Source: a virus. From it: a stretch of 64,000 nucleotides of DNA. Positions 19,214 to 28,167 of this stretch are shown in pieces. Made by a program: the position numbers and the translations under genes. The stretch spans positions 9,876-73,875 of the IMG/VR virus record IMGVR_UViG_3300010885_050383; one strand, written 5' to 3'. Position 1 is the first letter of the stretch, and every line of letters starts with the position of its first letter. The notes beneath the pieces were generated by a model. That model was not told where the DNA came from and did no database searches. It saw only the letters and a list, made by a program, of their open reading frames with translations.

Positions 19214-20137
19214 ATGAATATATATCATAATACAGAAATAGAAGAATTAAACAATATAGATTTATATTCTGAGGGTATAGAAGCAACTGAAAATGCTTTA
19301 AAAATAAGCAGGAAAATTAATGAATCTATAGATGAAAAGTATAATATATTTGTTTATTGGATAGGATCTAATGTAAATTATAAACATTCGGTAGTATTAA
19401 AGTCCTTTTTAGCCACACAAAATTTAAAGAATGCAACATTAAAAATTTATTCAGATATGGATATATCTAAAAATCCAATATTTGATAGATATAAAAATTT
19501 TAAAGAAATAGAATTTAATATTTTTAATATAGAAGAAGAAATTAAAGGAACTGTTTATGAAAACTTTAAATATATTCAAGAAATAAAAAATCATAATTTT
19601 AATCCAGCATATGAATCTGATTTTTTCAGACTTCTTATACTTCATAAATATGGTGGTTTTTATATAGATTTTGACATTTTATTACTTAGAGATCTTTCTC
19701 CTTTACTAAAATATGATTTCTTTTATCAATGGGGATCTACTACAAAAAGCATTAATATGCTCAATGGTGCTATAATGCATTTAAAAAAAGATAGCAATGC
19801 AAACAACCTTGCTACTCAATATATTCTAAATAGTTATGCTCGTCCGGGTGCGGGTAGTTTACAGTGGGCATCTGATTTATATTTACAGATTAAAAATCAA
19901 TGTCCAAATGTTGTGATATTCCCTGCGGCTTTTTTTAACTCAGAATGGCAACATAACCAACACACAGTAGATGAAGATGGTTTTGTTAAACATAAATTCA
20001 GCGAAAACATATTTGATGGAGCATTTTCTTGGCATTGGCATAATAGATGGGATAAAAATATAGAAGAGGAATCCAAATTTGATATTTTAGATAAAATTTT
20101 AGAAAAAAAATTTATTGAAAAGTTTGAAATTAAATGA
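19214..20137 (+). CDS. GT32-like DXD glycosyltransferase
   Basis: 'VYW','ESDFFRLLILHKYGGFYIDFD','H.W'. Confidence 0.82.
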   Translation: MNIYHNTEIEELNNIDLYSEGIEATENALKISRKINESIDEKYNIFVYWIGSNVNYKHSVVLKSFLATQNLKNATLKIYSDMDISKNPIFDRYKNFKEIEFNIFNIEEEIKGTVYENFKYIQEIKNHNFNPAYESDFFRLLILHKYGGFYIDFDILLLRDLSPLLKYDFFYQWGSTTKSINMLNGAIMHLKKDSNANNLATQYILNSYARPGAGSLQWASDLYLQIKNQCPNVVIFPAAFFNSEWQHNQHTVDEDGFVKHKFSENIFDGAFSWHWHNRWDKNIEEESKFDILDKILEKKFIEKFEIK

Positions 20138-20988
20138 AAATATTAACATCAGATATTTTTTTAGCAGGACAAGATAATTGTGATTGGAAAGAAGGGTGTG
20201 AATTTACATATGCTTTTAGAAATTTAGGACATATATGTCATATAGCAGGAAAAAACTGTAAAATACCAGAATATCAAATACCAAATATTGCACATAAATA
20301 TGATTTTGCATTAATTACAGAAAATTATCCACAACATTCCAATTGGGCATGGTGGGATTGGAGAAGTATAAAAATTCCTAAAGTTTTTTGGGCAATAGAT
20401 ACTCATATAGAAAATTTTTTACCTTGGATAAAACATGCAAATATAGATTATGTAGCATTTAATAACCCTCAAGACTTAGAAAAATATCAATTACCAAATT
20501 CTTTCTGGATGCCATATGCAATATCAAAGTTACATTACTTGAAACAATATACAGATAAAAAAACAAAAGATTTGGTTTTTATAGGAAAAATGCTTCCAGA
20601 AAGAAAACGTATATGTGAAAAATTCAACATAGAATGTTTAAATGTATATGGACCAAACTATGTAAAAGAAATGCAAGAATCTAAAATCTGCTTCAATCAA
20701 TCTATGTCTTATGATATCAATGCAAAGTATTTTGAAATTTTAGGAAGTGGATCATTTATGTTGACCAATTATAATGAACATTTCCATAAATTTGTTGATT
20801 ATAATGAAGATATAGGTAAAATGTTTTATTCTTCAGAAGAAGAATTGGAGAAAAAAATAAAATATTATCTAGCAAACGATCAAGAAAGAGAAGAAATTGC
20901 TGCTAGAGCAAGAAAATACATAGCAGAAAACCATACATACGAAAATAGAGCACAATTAATATTAAATAAAATTAATTTATTAAAATGA
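20134..20988 (+). CDS. CgeB-like GT-B glycosyltransferase
   Basis: 'WAIDTH','DLVFIG','SKICFN','KYFEILGSGSFMLT','IKYYLAN..ERE.IA..A......HTY.NRA'. Confidence 0.8.
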   Translation: MKILTSDIFLAGQDNCDWKEGCEFTYAFRNLGHICHIAGKNCKIPEYQIPNIAHKYDFALITENYPQHSNWAWWDWRSIKIPKVFWAIDTHIENFLPWIKHANIDYVAFNNPQDLEKYQLPNSFWMPYAISKLHYLKQYTDKKTKDLVFIGKMLPERKRICEKFNIECLNVYGPNYVKEMQESKICFNQSMSYDINAKYFEILGSGSFMLTNYNEHFHKFVDYNEDIGKMFYSSEEELEKKIKYYLANDQEREEIAARARKYIAENHTYENRAQLILNKINLLK

Positions 20989-21803
20989 ATGAAAGAAGAT
21001 TACATTACGCAATTTATAATTCAGAAGAAAATTCTTTGATAGGAATACACCAATCTGGATTTTATTCTTGCATAAATTGTTTAAGAATTTCTCTTTATAA
21101 ATTAATATCTGAAGGAATTTTACCAAAAAAAATATCTTTAGAAAATACTTTAGATTGGTATAAAGATCATCTCAATCAAGACCTTTATCCTATTTTATAC
21201 AAAACAGATTTTTCTAAAATAGACAAAATAAACAAAAACTTTCAATATGAAATGTTTTGTGCAACAGCAGTTAGACATCTTGATCTTGATTTAAAAAATT
21301 TTATTCCTATAGAAGAAGTTTACTTTTTACCTTCAGATATCATTGTACAAAATATATCTACTCTAGAAAAAAAATATAATATAGATTACACAAAAACTCT
21401 AGCAGTATTGCATCGTGGTACTGATAAACATAAAGAAACCAAACTTTCACCAGTAAATGATTGGATTGAAACAATTGAAAAGTATTATGAAGAAGGACAT
21501 AAGATTTTAATTCAGACTGATGATGAAAATGCAAAAAAACAATTTATAGAACATTTTAAAGATCGTTGTTTTACTCTTGAAGAGATGATATATGGAAGCG
21601 ATCAAAATTCTAATGTAAAACCCCATTTCAATAAAACTCAGTGGTCTATAAACTTTGAAAGCGTTATGCATATCATATCTAAATGTAATCGTATGATAAA
21701 TCATGCAGGAAATGTTGCTATGATACCAATTTTATATAGAAAAAGTTTAGTTAAAACGATACAATTTTACAACGGAGAAATTATTGATCACGATAAATTA
21801 TAA
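20985..21803 (+). CDS. fucosyltransferase-like (GT23/NodZ-type) protein
   Basis: 'LAVLHRGTDK' resembles fucosyltransferase motif I (H.R.TDK); 'ILIQTDD'; 'IISKC..MI...GNVA'. Confidence 0.65.
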   Translation: MNERRLHYAIYNSEENSLIGIHQSGFYSCINCLRISLYKLISEGILPKKISLENTLDWYKDHLNQDLYPILYKTDFSKIDKINKNFQYEMFCATAVRHLDLDLKNFIPIEEVYFLPSDIIVQNISTLEKKYNIDYTKTLAVLHRGTDKHKETKLSPVNDWIETIEKYYEEGHKILIQTDDENAKKQFIEHFKDRCFTLEEMIYGSDQNSNVKPHFNKTQWSINFESVMHIISKCNRMINHAGNVAMIPILYRKSLVKTIQFYNGEIIDHDKL

Positions 21804-21804
21804 T

Positions 21805-21832
21805 TTGATAATTCTGTGATAGATATTATACT
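21805..21832 (+). promoter_or_regulatory. sigma70-like promoter for gp46 (TTGATA-16-TATACT)
   Basis: Seen directly; ATG 9 nt after -10. Confidence 0.55.
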
Positions 21833-21840
21833 TCAAAGAA

Positions 21841-23649
21841 ATGAAAAAAATAATCTTTACGCAAATAAAAATTAAAAACTTCCTATCTATAGGAAAAAAT
21901 GAAGTTGTATTAGATTTTTCTTCTGGTATTAACCTCATAACTGGAGAAAATTACGATAAAGGTGGAAGAAATGGAGTGGGTAAAAGTTCTTTGATCGAAT
22001 CCATATATTGGTGTTTGTTTGGTAATACTATCCGAGATATCAAGAAAGATAGAGTGCTTCACAATCAAAGCAAGAAAGGATGTGAAGTCATCTTGGATTT
22101 TGAGATCGAAACAGGAAAGAATAAAAACGTTTATAGGATCACGAGAAGCCTTGAACCCAGTAAACTCGTTCTAGAGGCTTTCACGGCTCTGCATTCGGAT
22201 GATATATCACTCTCATCGATGCCTAAAACAGATGAATATATCAGAGAATTAATCGGAGCAAACGAAGAAGTCTTCCAAAACTCTGTAATCATGACAGCAA
22301 ACGGAACTATTCCGTTTATGGCACAAAAGAAAATAGACAAAAGAAAATTCATCGAAGGTATTTTAGACCTTGGCATTTTTGGTGAGATGTTACTGAAAGT
22401 AAGAGGAGAATATAATGACAAGAAGAAAGAAAATGATCTCGTTGGTAAAGATTTTGTGAATGAACAGAGGGTGCTGGAGATACTAAAAGAAAACGAAGAA
22501 GGATTTGACGAGAGTAAAGCCAATAGAATAAAAGTTATTTCTTCTAAAATAGAAGCATCTTCAATAGATCTTCAAAATTTAACCGATAAAAATATTGAAA
22601 ACGTTTCTTTACTCAAAGACAAGATAAAAACTCACGAAGAAGAGATAGAAGTCCTTGAAGAACTTATAGATAAGGCAAATAAAAAAGCAGTAAACTTTAG
22701 AGATAAGAAAATAGAATTACAAAATACTATTACGCAAGCAAAAAAAGAAAAACAAAAAATTTTAGATAAAGGAAATACATGTCCTACCTGCAACAGAGAT
22801 TATTGCGAAGATGATTTAAGTCATATTGAAGCCGAAATTAAAAGACTTGATGATATAATCAGTACTAACACTCCTGTTTACGAAGATTATGTCAAAAAAA
22901 CCGACCAAACAATTGAACTTGGTCTAGAAAACAAAGAAAAGTTAGAGTCTACGAAGAAAGAAATAAAAAAAATCAATCAAAGTATATCAGAAGCATCTTT
23001 ACATGAGCAAAAAATGAAAACTTTGATGGATAAGATCGAAGAATATAAAGAAAATATTAAAGATATTGAAAATGAATCATTCAAAGATGATAAGAAAATA
23101 GAAAATTCAGAAGAAAAAATTGAAAATTTAGAAACCAAGATAGAATCTTTACAAAAAGAGTTATTGATTCTTGAAAATGCAAAGTTTGTTGTTTCTGAAG
23201 AAGGTGTGAAGACTTTTATTGTCAAAAAAATGCTTAATGTTTTAAATTCGCAACTGAATTATTATCTTAAAGCATTGGAAGCTCCTTGTAGTTGTTATTT
23301 CGACGAAATGTTTGAAGAAACTATCTACAATGATGCAGGGAAAGAGTGTTCTTATTTTAATTTTAGTGGAGGAGAACGAAAAAGAATAGATGTGGCAGTG
23401 CTTTTTACCTTTCAAGACATTTTGAGAAGCCAATCAGGGACTTCGTTTAATCTTAACATGTATGACGAGCTTTTAGATGCTGGTTTGGATGATAAAGGAA
23501 TTGAAAAAACGTTAGATATACTCCGTGAAAAGGTCAATAAATACAACGATGCAATTTATATTGTAAGTCACAAGACTTCTACCAAAAACAATATAGATAA
23601 TGTGATTTTATTGAAAAAAATTAAGGGAACTACGAGTATAGCTAGTTGA
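21841..23649 (+). CDS. gp46: recombination ATPase subunit (gp46/SbcC/Rad50)
   Basis: 'KNFLSIG', Walker A 'NGVGKSS', coiled coil with zinc hook CPTC, signature 'FSGGE', Walker B 'MYDE', 'VSH'. Confidence 0.93.
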   Translation: MKKIIFTQIKIKNFLSIGKNEVVLDFSSGINLITGENYDKGGRNGVGKSSLIESIYWCLFGNTIRDIKKDRVLHNQSKKGCEVILDFEIETGKNKNVYRITRSLEPSKLVLEAFTALHSDDISLSSMPKTDEYIRELIGANEEVFQNSVIMTANGTIPFMAQKKIDKRKFIEGILDLGIFGEMLLKVRGEYNDKKKENDLVGKDFVNEQRVLEILKENEEGFDESKANRIKVISSKIEASSIDLQNLTDKNIENVSLLKDKIKTHEEEIEVLEELIDKANKKAVNFRDKKIELQNTITQAKKEKQKILDKGNTCPTCNRDYCEDDLSHIEAEIKRLDDIISTNTPVYEDYVKKTDQTIELGLENKEKLESTKKEIKKINQSISEASLHEQKMKTLMDKIEEYKENIKDIENESFKDDKKIENSEEKIENLETKIESLQKELLILENAKFVVSEEGVKTFIVKKMLNVLNSQLNYYLKALEAPCSCYFDEMFEETIYNDAGKECSYFNFSGGERKRIDVAVLFTFQDILRSQSGTSFNLNMYDELLDAGLDDKGIEKTLDILREKVNKYNDAIYIVSHKTSTKNNIDNVILLKKIKGTTSIAS

Positions 23650-23674
23650 AAATTTAATGTATAGTTATTAGTAT
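23646..23674 (+). promoter_or_regulatory. sigma70-like promoter (TTGAAA-17-TAGTAT)
   Basis: Seen directly upstream of 23686. Confidence 0.5.
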
Positions 23675-23685
23675 AAAAAATTGCT

Positions 23686-25008
23686 ATGATTAAAATTAAA
23701 AACGCACCAAAAGTTCCTGAAAAAAATACATCTAATAGCATTGTATACGAGTATAGACCTGTAGCAACCAATATTCCTAATGCTCCACAAGGTTTACCAA
23801 TTGGAACTCCTACCTATAGCTATGTTTCTCCTGTACCAGTAAGCATTCCAACCCCTCCAGCAGTAGAAATGCCCGAATTAAGCCTTCCTAGAGCTATCAA
23901 TTACTATGCTGACTATGGTGGTTGTGGTTACTGGAGAATGATTTGGCCTGAATATGTACTCAATAGTTATCAGAAAATGTGTATTTCAGGGTTAACTGCA
24001 ATGGTAATGGATGTAAGATTTTACCAAGGCATCTCTGCAATAAGAATGCAGAGACAAGCAACCCCAATTCAAAATGCTTTTATCAAAGAATTGAAGAAAG
24101 CACAAAAGGATTTTGGTTTCAGACTGCTTTATGAGGTAGATGATATTGTTTTCAAGGATGATATTCCAGATTACAATCGTTGTAAGGAAGCATTCGTAAG
24201 CCAAGAGATCATCGATAATATTCTAGACATCATGTCCAACATGGATGAGATAACTGTGACATGTCAATACATGAAAGATTACTATATCAATAAAACAGGT
24301 AATAAAAATATTACAGTTATTCCCAATTACGCACCAAAATTCTGGCTTGATAGGTTTTATGACAGAAAACGTGTGGAAGAACTCTATGATAGGCATAAAA
24401 AGCGTCCTAGAATCCTTTATTGCGGTTCTGGAACCCATGTGGATTACATTAACAAGACAGGAATGAACGATGATTTTGCTCATGTTATTGAAGACATCAT
24501 CAAAGCAAGAAAGAAATTCAAATTTGTATGGAAAGGTTGCTTCCCCCTTGCTGTAAAACCATTTATCGACAATGGAGAAATGGAATTTATTGATTGGTCA
24601 CAGCTTATGGATCTTCCACAGGACATTTATAAGATTGGAGCCAATGCAACATTTGCTTCATTACAAGATAATATCTTTAATAAGTCCAAGAGCAACATCA
24701 AAATGGTTGAGTCTGGAGCATTTGGTATGCCCGGAGCCTATCAAGATCTCTGTACATATGATGGAGCAGATTTTAAGTTTAAATCTGGCAAAGATTTAAT
24801 CGATCAACTCGAATATATCACATCTGATTTTGATAGATACATGAAATTCTCTGATAAATCTCGTAAATTTACCGAAGGTCTTTGGTTAGAAGACCATATG
24901 GACGAATACCAAGCATTATATACAACAGCATGGGGATCAAAAGAAAGAAAAGAAATGGCTCCCTTGTTGATTGCAAACAATTTAGATCAAGATTTAATTG
25001 ACGATTAA
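23686..25008 (+). CDS. putative GT-B glycosyltransferase with Pro-rich N-terminus
   Basis: 'GGCGYWRM','YEVDD','ITVT','VIPN','LQDNIFNKSKSNIKMVESGAFGMP'. Confidence 0.7.
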   Translation: MIKIKNAPKVPEKNTSNSIVYEYRPVATNIPNAPQGLPIGTPTYSYVSPVPVSIPTPPAVEMPELSLPRAINYYADYGGCGYWRMIWPEYVLNSYQKMCISGLTAMVMDVRFYQGISAIRMQRQATPIQNAFIKELKKAQKDFGFRLLYEVDDIVFKDDIPDYNRCKEAFVSQEIIDNILDIMSNMDEITVTCQYMKDYYINKTGNKNITVIPNYAPKFWLDRFYDRKRVEELYDRHKKRPRILYCGSGTHVDYINKTGMNDDFAHVIEDIIKARKKFKFVWKGCFPLAVKPFIDNGEMEFIDWSQLMDLPQDIYKIGANATFASLQDNIFNKSKSNIKMVESGAFGMPGAYQDLCTYDGADFKFKSGKDLIDQLEYITSDFDRYMKFSDKSRKFTEGLWLEDHMDEYQALYTTAWGSKERKEMAPLLIANNLDQDLIDD

Positions 25009-25026
25009 TACATATACTGCTACTAT
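24998..25026 (+). promoter_or_regulatory. sigma70-like promoter for DNA polymerase (TTGACG-17-TGcTACTAT), ATG 7 nt downstream
   Basis: TTGACG 24998-25003; TACTAT 25021-25026; ATG 25033. Confidence 0.7.
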
Positions 25027-25032
25027 TGGGTA

Positions 25033-27603
25033 ATGGCATGGCGAAACATCTACTACTGTAATAAAACACAGTCTATTCATCTCTGGACTTGGGATGAAAA
25101 TGGTAATCGTGTGAAGTACGAAACTTCATACGAGCCATATCTTTATATAGAGTCATCTACAGGTACGGATGGTGTTTCAATTTTTAATACTCCACTAAAG
25201 AAAAAAACTTTTCGATCAAATTATGATCGAAGCAAGTTTGCAGCAGAAACTCCTCTCAAAATTTTTCATAATCTTGCATGTGAACAGCAATTTTTACTTG
25301 ATACATACAAAAATGACATAACAAAATTAGGTTTTGGAACACAACCATTGAAAGTTTTCTTATTTGACATTGAAACATATAGTAAAGGAGCCTTTCCTGT
25401 CCCAGAAAAAGCAGAAGACCCAATTAATTTGATTACTATCTTTGATAGTCTCACAAAAAAATATTATACATGGGGATTAAAGCAGTATAACCCAAAAGAT
25501 TCGGATGTAACATATTTTTATTGCAAAAGTGAATATGATCTGATCAAAAAGTTTTTAGAATTTTGGGAAAATGACCCTCCAGACATGATTTCTGGTTGGA
25601 ATTCCGAAGGTTTTGATGTTCCTTATGTTGTGAGACGAATAGTAAATTTAATGGGAGGCGAAGAAGCCGCAAGATTGTCTCCTGTTAGGAATATCTACTA
25701 TCGGGAGAATGCCGAAACCGATAAATACGGAAAAACAATTAATAAATGGATTATCGATGGTATTAGTCATATCGATTATATGAAAGCATATAGAGCATTT
25801 GCTCGTAGTGATCGTGAATCTTACTCGTTGGGTTACATTGGACAATATGAACTCGGAGAAACCAAAATAAACATTGGTGCAACCAATCTTGCAGATCTTT
25901 CTGATAAAGATTGGGATAAATTTGTTGACTATAATATCCAAGATGTTCGTTTGTTGGTTAAATTGGACGAAAAACTCAAATATATTAAGCTTATCCGTAC
26001 TCTTTCTTATAAAGGATTCATTAAATTTGAGCAATCACTCAAAAAAGTAGCCATGATTAGTGGTGCAGTTGCCTATCAAGCAGCTATGGATGGTAAAATC
26101 ATTCCAACATTTAAACAAGAAACCGAAAGAAAAAAGTTTGAAGGTGGTTATGTACATGAACCAGTACGAGGCATGGCTAATTCTATTGTCAGTTACGATG
26201 CAAATAGTCTTTATCCGAACACAATTATCACTTTAAACGTCTCTCCAGAGACAAAAATTGGTAAAATCACCCACACAGAAGGGGAAAATTATCATTTATT
26301 GCTTACCAATAACAAAACAGTGGTGCTTCCTAAAGAAAAATTTGATAGACTTGTCGAAAAAGAAAAACTTTCTATATCAAAGTATAATGTTTTATACACA
26401 CAAAAAATAAAAGGAGTAGTTCCAAAACTTATTGATCGTATATATTCGGAAAGAGTTGAGGCAAAAAACAAAATGTTAGGGCTTCAAAGGACATTGGATC
26501 AAATTACAGATAAAAAAGAACGAGAAAAAACCGAAGAGTTAATTCTTGATCTTGATACTCAGCAATATGTTTACAAAATTGTTCTTAATTCCATCTACGG
26601 AGTTTTTGCACAAGTACATTCTCCGCTTTTTGATATTGATCACGCCGCAAGTATTACTTTAACTGGTCAATCAAGTAGTAAAGAAGCTGCAAATATTGTA
26701 ATGCAATATACAAATTCTAAGGGATTTGATTTTAAGAAAGATGATATCTACAAATATGGTGATACAGATAGTGCTTATATTTCCATCCAACCAATTTTAG
26801 ATCATTATAAAATTAAATTATCTGAAAATGGCAAGATTACAGACGAAGCTCGTAAGATTATTAAAGAACTTGGGCTATTCCTCAACAAAGGAATCAATGA
26901 ATGGGCAATTAATGAATTGAAATCTACTGATCCTCGGTTTGTTTTCAAGCAAGAAGCCATTTCAGATGTTTCTGTATTCATGGAAAAGAAAAGATATATA
27001 TTACATCTGTTAGAATTAGATGGAATGGTTCCCAACAAGCCTTTTAAATACGTTGGGGTTGAAGTTGTTCGATCAACTTTCTCCGATTCTATTAAAAAAC
27101 TTATTAAACAAGTGTTGGAATCCGCAATTTTGGCACAAGATAAGCAAAAAGCCGATAAAATTTTCATTGATGCTTACGAAACAGTTAAGAATATGCCTAT
27201 AGAAGATCTTTCTTTCCGAACTAGTATATCGAATTATGAGAAATATGAAAGAAAAGTCGATAGTTTTGGAAAATTTGGTAAAGGAATAACAATCCAAGGC
27301 AAAAGTTCCATAGGATTTAATAGAATGCTTAAACATTTTAATTTAGATTCCAAATACGAGTCTATTAAAAGTGGTATGAAAATAAAATTCTTTTATTTAG
27401 CAAAAAATAAATTTAATTATGATACTATAGGTTTTATTGATGTGTTTCCTAATGAATTAAAACCAGTTTTTGAAGTAGATTATAAAGAAATGTTTGATAA
27501 AACCGTTGTTCCACCAATTGATAGATTGTATGAGTGCTTGGGTTGGATTATTCCTCAAGTTACTTCTGCAAGAACTACAGATTTATTTGAATTACTTTCA
27601 TGA
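25033..27603 (+). CDS. gp43: family B DNA polymerase (gp43-like)
   Basis: Exo 'FDIET','GWNSEGFDVPY','YNIQD'; Pol 'SYDANSLYP','KIVLNSIYG','YGDTDS','KKRY'. Confidence 0.95.
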   Translation: MAWRNIYYCNKTQSIHLWTWDENGNRVKYETSYEPYLYIESSTGTDGVSIFNTPLKKKTFRSNYDRSKFAAETPLKIFHNLACEQQFLLDTYKNDITKLGFGTQPLKVFLFDIETYSKGAFPVPEKAEDPINLITIFDSLTKKYYTWGLKQYNPKDSDVTYFYCKSEYDLIKKFLEFWENDPPDMISGWNSEGFDVPYVVRRIVNLMGGEEAARLSPVRNIYYRENAETDKYGKTINKWIIDGISHIDYMKAYRAFARSDRESYSLGYIGQYELGETKINIGATNLADLSDKDWDKFVDYNIQDVRLLVKLDEKLKYIKLIRTLSYKGFIKFEQSLKKVAMISGAVAYQAAMDGKIIPTFKQETERKKFEGGYVHEPVRGMANSIVSYDANSLYPNTIITLNVSPETKIGKITHTEGENYHLLLTNNKTVVLPKEKFDRLVEKEKLSISKYNVLYTQKIKGVVPKLIDRIYSERVEAKNKMLGLQRTLDQITDKKEREKTEELILDLDTQQYVYKIVLNSIYGVFAQVHSPLFDIDHAASITLTGQSSSKEAANIVMQYTNSKGFDFKKDDIYKYGDTDSAYISIQPILDHYKIKLSENGKITDEARKIIKELGLFLNKGINEWAINELKSTDPRFVFKQEAISDVSVFMEKKRYILHLLELDGMVPNKPFKYVGVEVVRSTFSDSIKKLIKQVLESAILAQDKQKADKIFIDAYETVKNMPIEDLSFRTSISNYEKYERKVDSFGKFGKGITIQGKSSIGFNRMLKHFNLDSKYESIKSGMKIKFFYLAKNKFNYDTIGFIDVFPNELKPVFEVDYKEMFDKTVVPPIDRLYECLGWIIPQVTSARTTDLFELLS

Positions 27604-27669
27604 AAATAAAAGCATTAAATTTTTAATAAAAAGCTATTGACATATGATGATGATTTTATAAATCTTATC

Positions 27670-28086
27670 ATGAGTGATACAACAAACCCAACAACAAACC
27701 CAACAATAACAACCTTTCTTGATGCTGTAGGTCGTACCATAGTAGGTACACTTATCGCAGAAAAGTCAACGGATACAACCCTAGCAATACAAAACCCCGT
27801 TGTTTTGCATGTAGTTCCACAAGATCAATCAGGAAGAATGTCGGTTCAACTCCTTCCAATTTTCTTCCGTGAGTTCTTGGCAGACAAGACAGCAGACGTA
27901 ACTTTCTTCTACAAGAAAAATACAATTACGGAAACCAGTATTGAAGAATTTGATTTCCGCCTCCAAGCCCAGTATACACAGATGTTTAATAAGAGTAACA
28001 TCTTTGTTCCACCTTCGGCTGGAGAAGTAGCACCCGCTACTGCTGCACAAGCCCCCAATTCAGTAATTAATCTTTTTGATGAGTAA
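27670..28086 (+). CDS. hypothetical protein (small beta-rich, between polymerase and uvsX)
   Basis: ORF with likely start at ATG 27670; ends 'VINLFDE'. Confidence 0.6.
   Translation: MSDTTNPTTNPTITTFLDAVGRTIVGTLIAEKSTDTTLAIQNPVVLHVVPQDQSGRMSVQLLPIFFREFLADKTADVTFFYKKNTITETSIEEFDFRLQAQYTQMFNKSNIFVPPSAGEVAPATAAQAPNSVINLFDE
27679..27706 (+). repeat. 12-bp tandem repeat (ACAACAAACCCA x ~2.3) encoding TTNP-TTNP
   Basis: Seen directly. Confidence 0.6.
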
Positions 28087-28115
28087 ATCGTAATCTGCTC
28101 TCAAAGAAACCAGTA

Positions 28116-28151
28116 AAAACCCCAGATTGTCATTTGACGATCTGGGGTTTT
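28116..28151 (+). terminator. long hairpin / intrinsic terminator, possibly bidirectional
   Basis: AAAACCCCAGATTGTCA-TT-TGACGATCTGGGGTTTT (one G-U pair) after stop 28086. Confidence 0.75.
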
Positions 28152-28161
28152 GTGCTAATAT
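28134..28161 (+). promoter_or_regulatory. sigma70-like promoter for uvsX (TTGACG-16-TGcTAATAT) overlapping the hairpin; ATG 7 nt downstream
   Basis: TTGACG 28134-28139; TAATAT 28156-28161; ATG 28168. Confidence 0.65.
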
Positions 28162-28167
28162 ATTAAT

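Noticed and set aside
27637-27669. TTG start at 27637, and a sigma70 promoter from TTGACA at 27637
   Set aside because: ATG 27670 is the more plausible start; no TAnnnT lies 16-18 bp downstream of this TTGACA, so no promoter was called
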